A stretch of DNA of 64,000 nt from Narcine bancroftii. Lineage: Eukaryota. The position numbers and the translations under genes were made by a program. Below are positions 62,138 to 64,000 of this stretch, piece by piece (within the stretch, counting starts at the first letter, position 1; every line of letters starts with the position of its first letter). Where the stretch lies: NCBI RefSeq assembly GCF_036971445.1, contig NC_091469.1:116436001-116500000 (forward strand). The letters are read 5' to 3'. The notes under the pieces are model-generated. The model was not told where the DNA came from, made no database searches, and saw only the letters and a list, made by a program, of their open reading frames with translations.

Positions 62138-63169
62138 GTAAGTTCATCAATTCTATTTTAAATCCTTTTGGGTGCATCAGTTTCTCATAGATTAATTACC
62201 TAAAAGAGATTTTAATATCATCAACAAATTTTAGAATACGCCCATTGGTTCCTGTGCTAATGCCACTTGTATAGTTTTTAATGTTTTATAAGTGCAGTGC
62301 ACATATACTACAACATGTAATGTCAATTTCACTGATGAAATGGATTTGCGTTCTTCTTAAAGATTTTTTAGGCTAATTCATCCAAGTAGGCATGTCTTCT
62401 GCTGAATTAAAAGCTACCTTGATTATTTTGAGGATTTTATTTTTTAAATATCTTAGCTTATTAGGCATTTGAATCATTGATGAATAGTAATTTTTCTTGA
62501 ACTCTATCTAAGTAGGTATGTTAGGAGAGCAATTCCTTGTGTCGAAGTTTGTATGGAACTGAAGATTTTGTATCACAGGCCAAAGCAAATTATAAACAAA
62601 AATAAAGGGAAATATTTGGGAACACAGGTTCGATTATGTAAAGAACTCCGCAAACACACTGCAACAAAGGGAAGATGTGTGCCAAACCATAGAAGGAGAT
62701 TGTGAGAGGGGTAATTAAAGATCTGGTGAGATGAAATTAAGGAAAATCTCAAAATAGAAATGAGGATGTATGGTATGAAGGAAAAAAATTCCTGAGCATG
62801 AAATGTACTTGTAGATTTCTGCAATTTCTGACATTTCCATGTCCTTAGCTGTATTTCAGTTTTAGTTGCCTTGGAGTAATTCTCAGTGCTGTGCTCTGTT
62901 GCTCTAAACATTTTTTGCTTCCATGCTCCTTTCCTCTTGGAAAAATGTCCTTTGTCCAAGCTTTTGCTTCTTATCATTATATTTTTCATAATTTAGCTCG
63001 GCTTCTGTTTTTGATTTTATTACTCTGAACTGATAATATCTAAGATGTAAGGTTAGATGTAAATTATCTTTTCAAAACTACAGTGAGGTGACAAATACCC
63101 AAATCCTGCTGCATAATCTCAGTCCAAAACAACTCCAAATTCAGGGGCCATCAAGGGGAAAACATCCCA

Positions 63170-64000
63170 ATGATTTGAGTTACCTCACACAAAGGAAGAT
63201 GGCTCTGGCTGCTCAATTATCCCAACTGCAGGAGGTCACAGGCCCAACTATCTTCAGCAATGATCCTTCCTTTCATCACCAAGTCAGAAGTTAGAACAAT
63301 TAAACAATATTCAATTCCACTTGCAACTTCTCAACAAATGAAGCAGTTCAGCAAGATTGAAGCATTAAAGTAGGGGTGGACTGATAAATGCAAAGTAATG
63401 CTCATGCTACAAGTGTGCCTCTCAATTATCATTTCCAACAAAACAGGGTCTAATCACCTATCCTTGAGGTTCAGTGGCATGACCATGATCAAGTCCCACA
63501 CCATCAATATCTGGGGATCACTAATGAACAGAAACTGAATAGACCAACAACATAACACTGTGGTTACAAAATTTTAGAGGCTGGGTGTCCTGTGACAGGT
63601 CATTCGTCACTTGCACCCCAAATCCTTTACATCATCTACTTGTCCCAAGTTAGAAACGCATGTCCAAATATGTTGCTTCAGCAAAGCTGGGATGCTCTAG
63701 TAAAAAGCGACATCCATCCTGAACGATTTCCTTCTATCACTAGTATATGATTGGCTGCTGGTTGTACCATCTACAAAATGCTGACCTGGACTACTGTAGC
63801 AGCACTTCCAAAAAAACACACAACCCCTACCACCAGAAAGGTCAGCAGTAGATACATGGGAATGTACTAATGATGAAATATATTGCTAGTGCTTCATTTT
63901 CACTGTCTGAATCCTGCAGAACCCTCCACAAGAGCACTGTGGAAGTACTTTAACTTCAAGGACTCAGCAATTCAAGGAGGCTACTCACCATCCTCTTCTG
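63170..64000 (+). mobile_element. Very old CR1/L2-like LINE remnant
   Basis: Degenerate similarity to remnants at ~13080-13430 and ~37380-37850; no intact ORF. Confidence 0.4.

Overview
Repeat-rich vertebrate genomic DNA; the mix of CR1, Rex1, RTE, L1, Gypsy and hAT repeats suggests a cartilaginous fish (inference). Two housekeeping genes sit head-to-head around a promoter at ~30.8-31.1 kb. AK6 (hCINAP/Fap7 family) is complete on the minus strand: 5 coding exons, 30761->15094, 172 aa. RAD17 is on the plus strand: a probable non-coding exon at ~31.1 kb and 10 coding exons from 37226 to 62137, continuing past the window, with one GC-AG intron. A CpG-rich promoter/first exon at ~8.2-8.8 kb points leftwards (possibly CCDC125, by synteny only). 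The rest is mostly nested transposable elements, a 630-N gap and a 2.9-kb CT-rich satellite. Main observations: (1) two diverged ORF1-only L1 elements that share an ORF2 deletion, one with a poly(A) tail and 15-bp TSD (HAL1-like non-autonomous lineage); (2) local diverged duplicates of the first coding exon of both AK6 and RAD17, each keeping ATG, frame and donor, and each in or beside a CR1 relic; (3) a Gly->Cys change in the AK6 P-loop; (4) a composite dimeric hAT MITE that moves as one unit; (5) a 1.45-kb promoter-like/hairpin insert splitting a CR1. All calls were read by eye; no searches were run.
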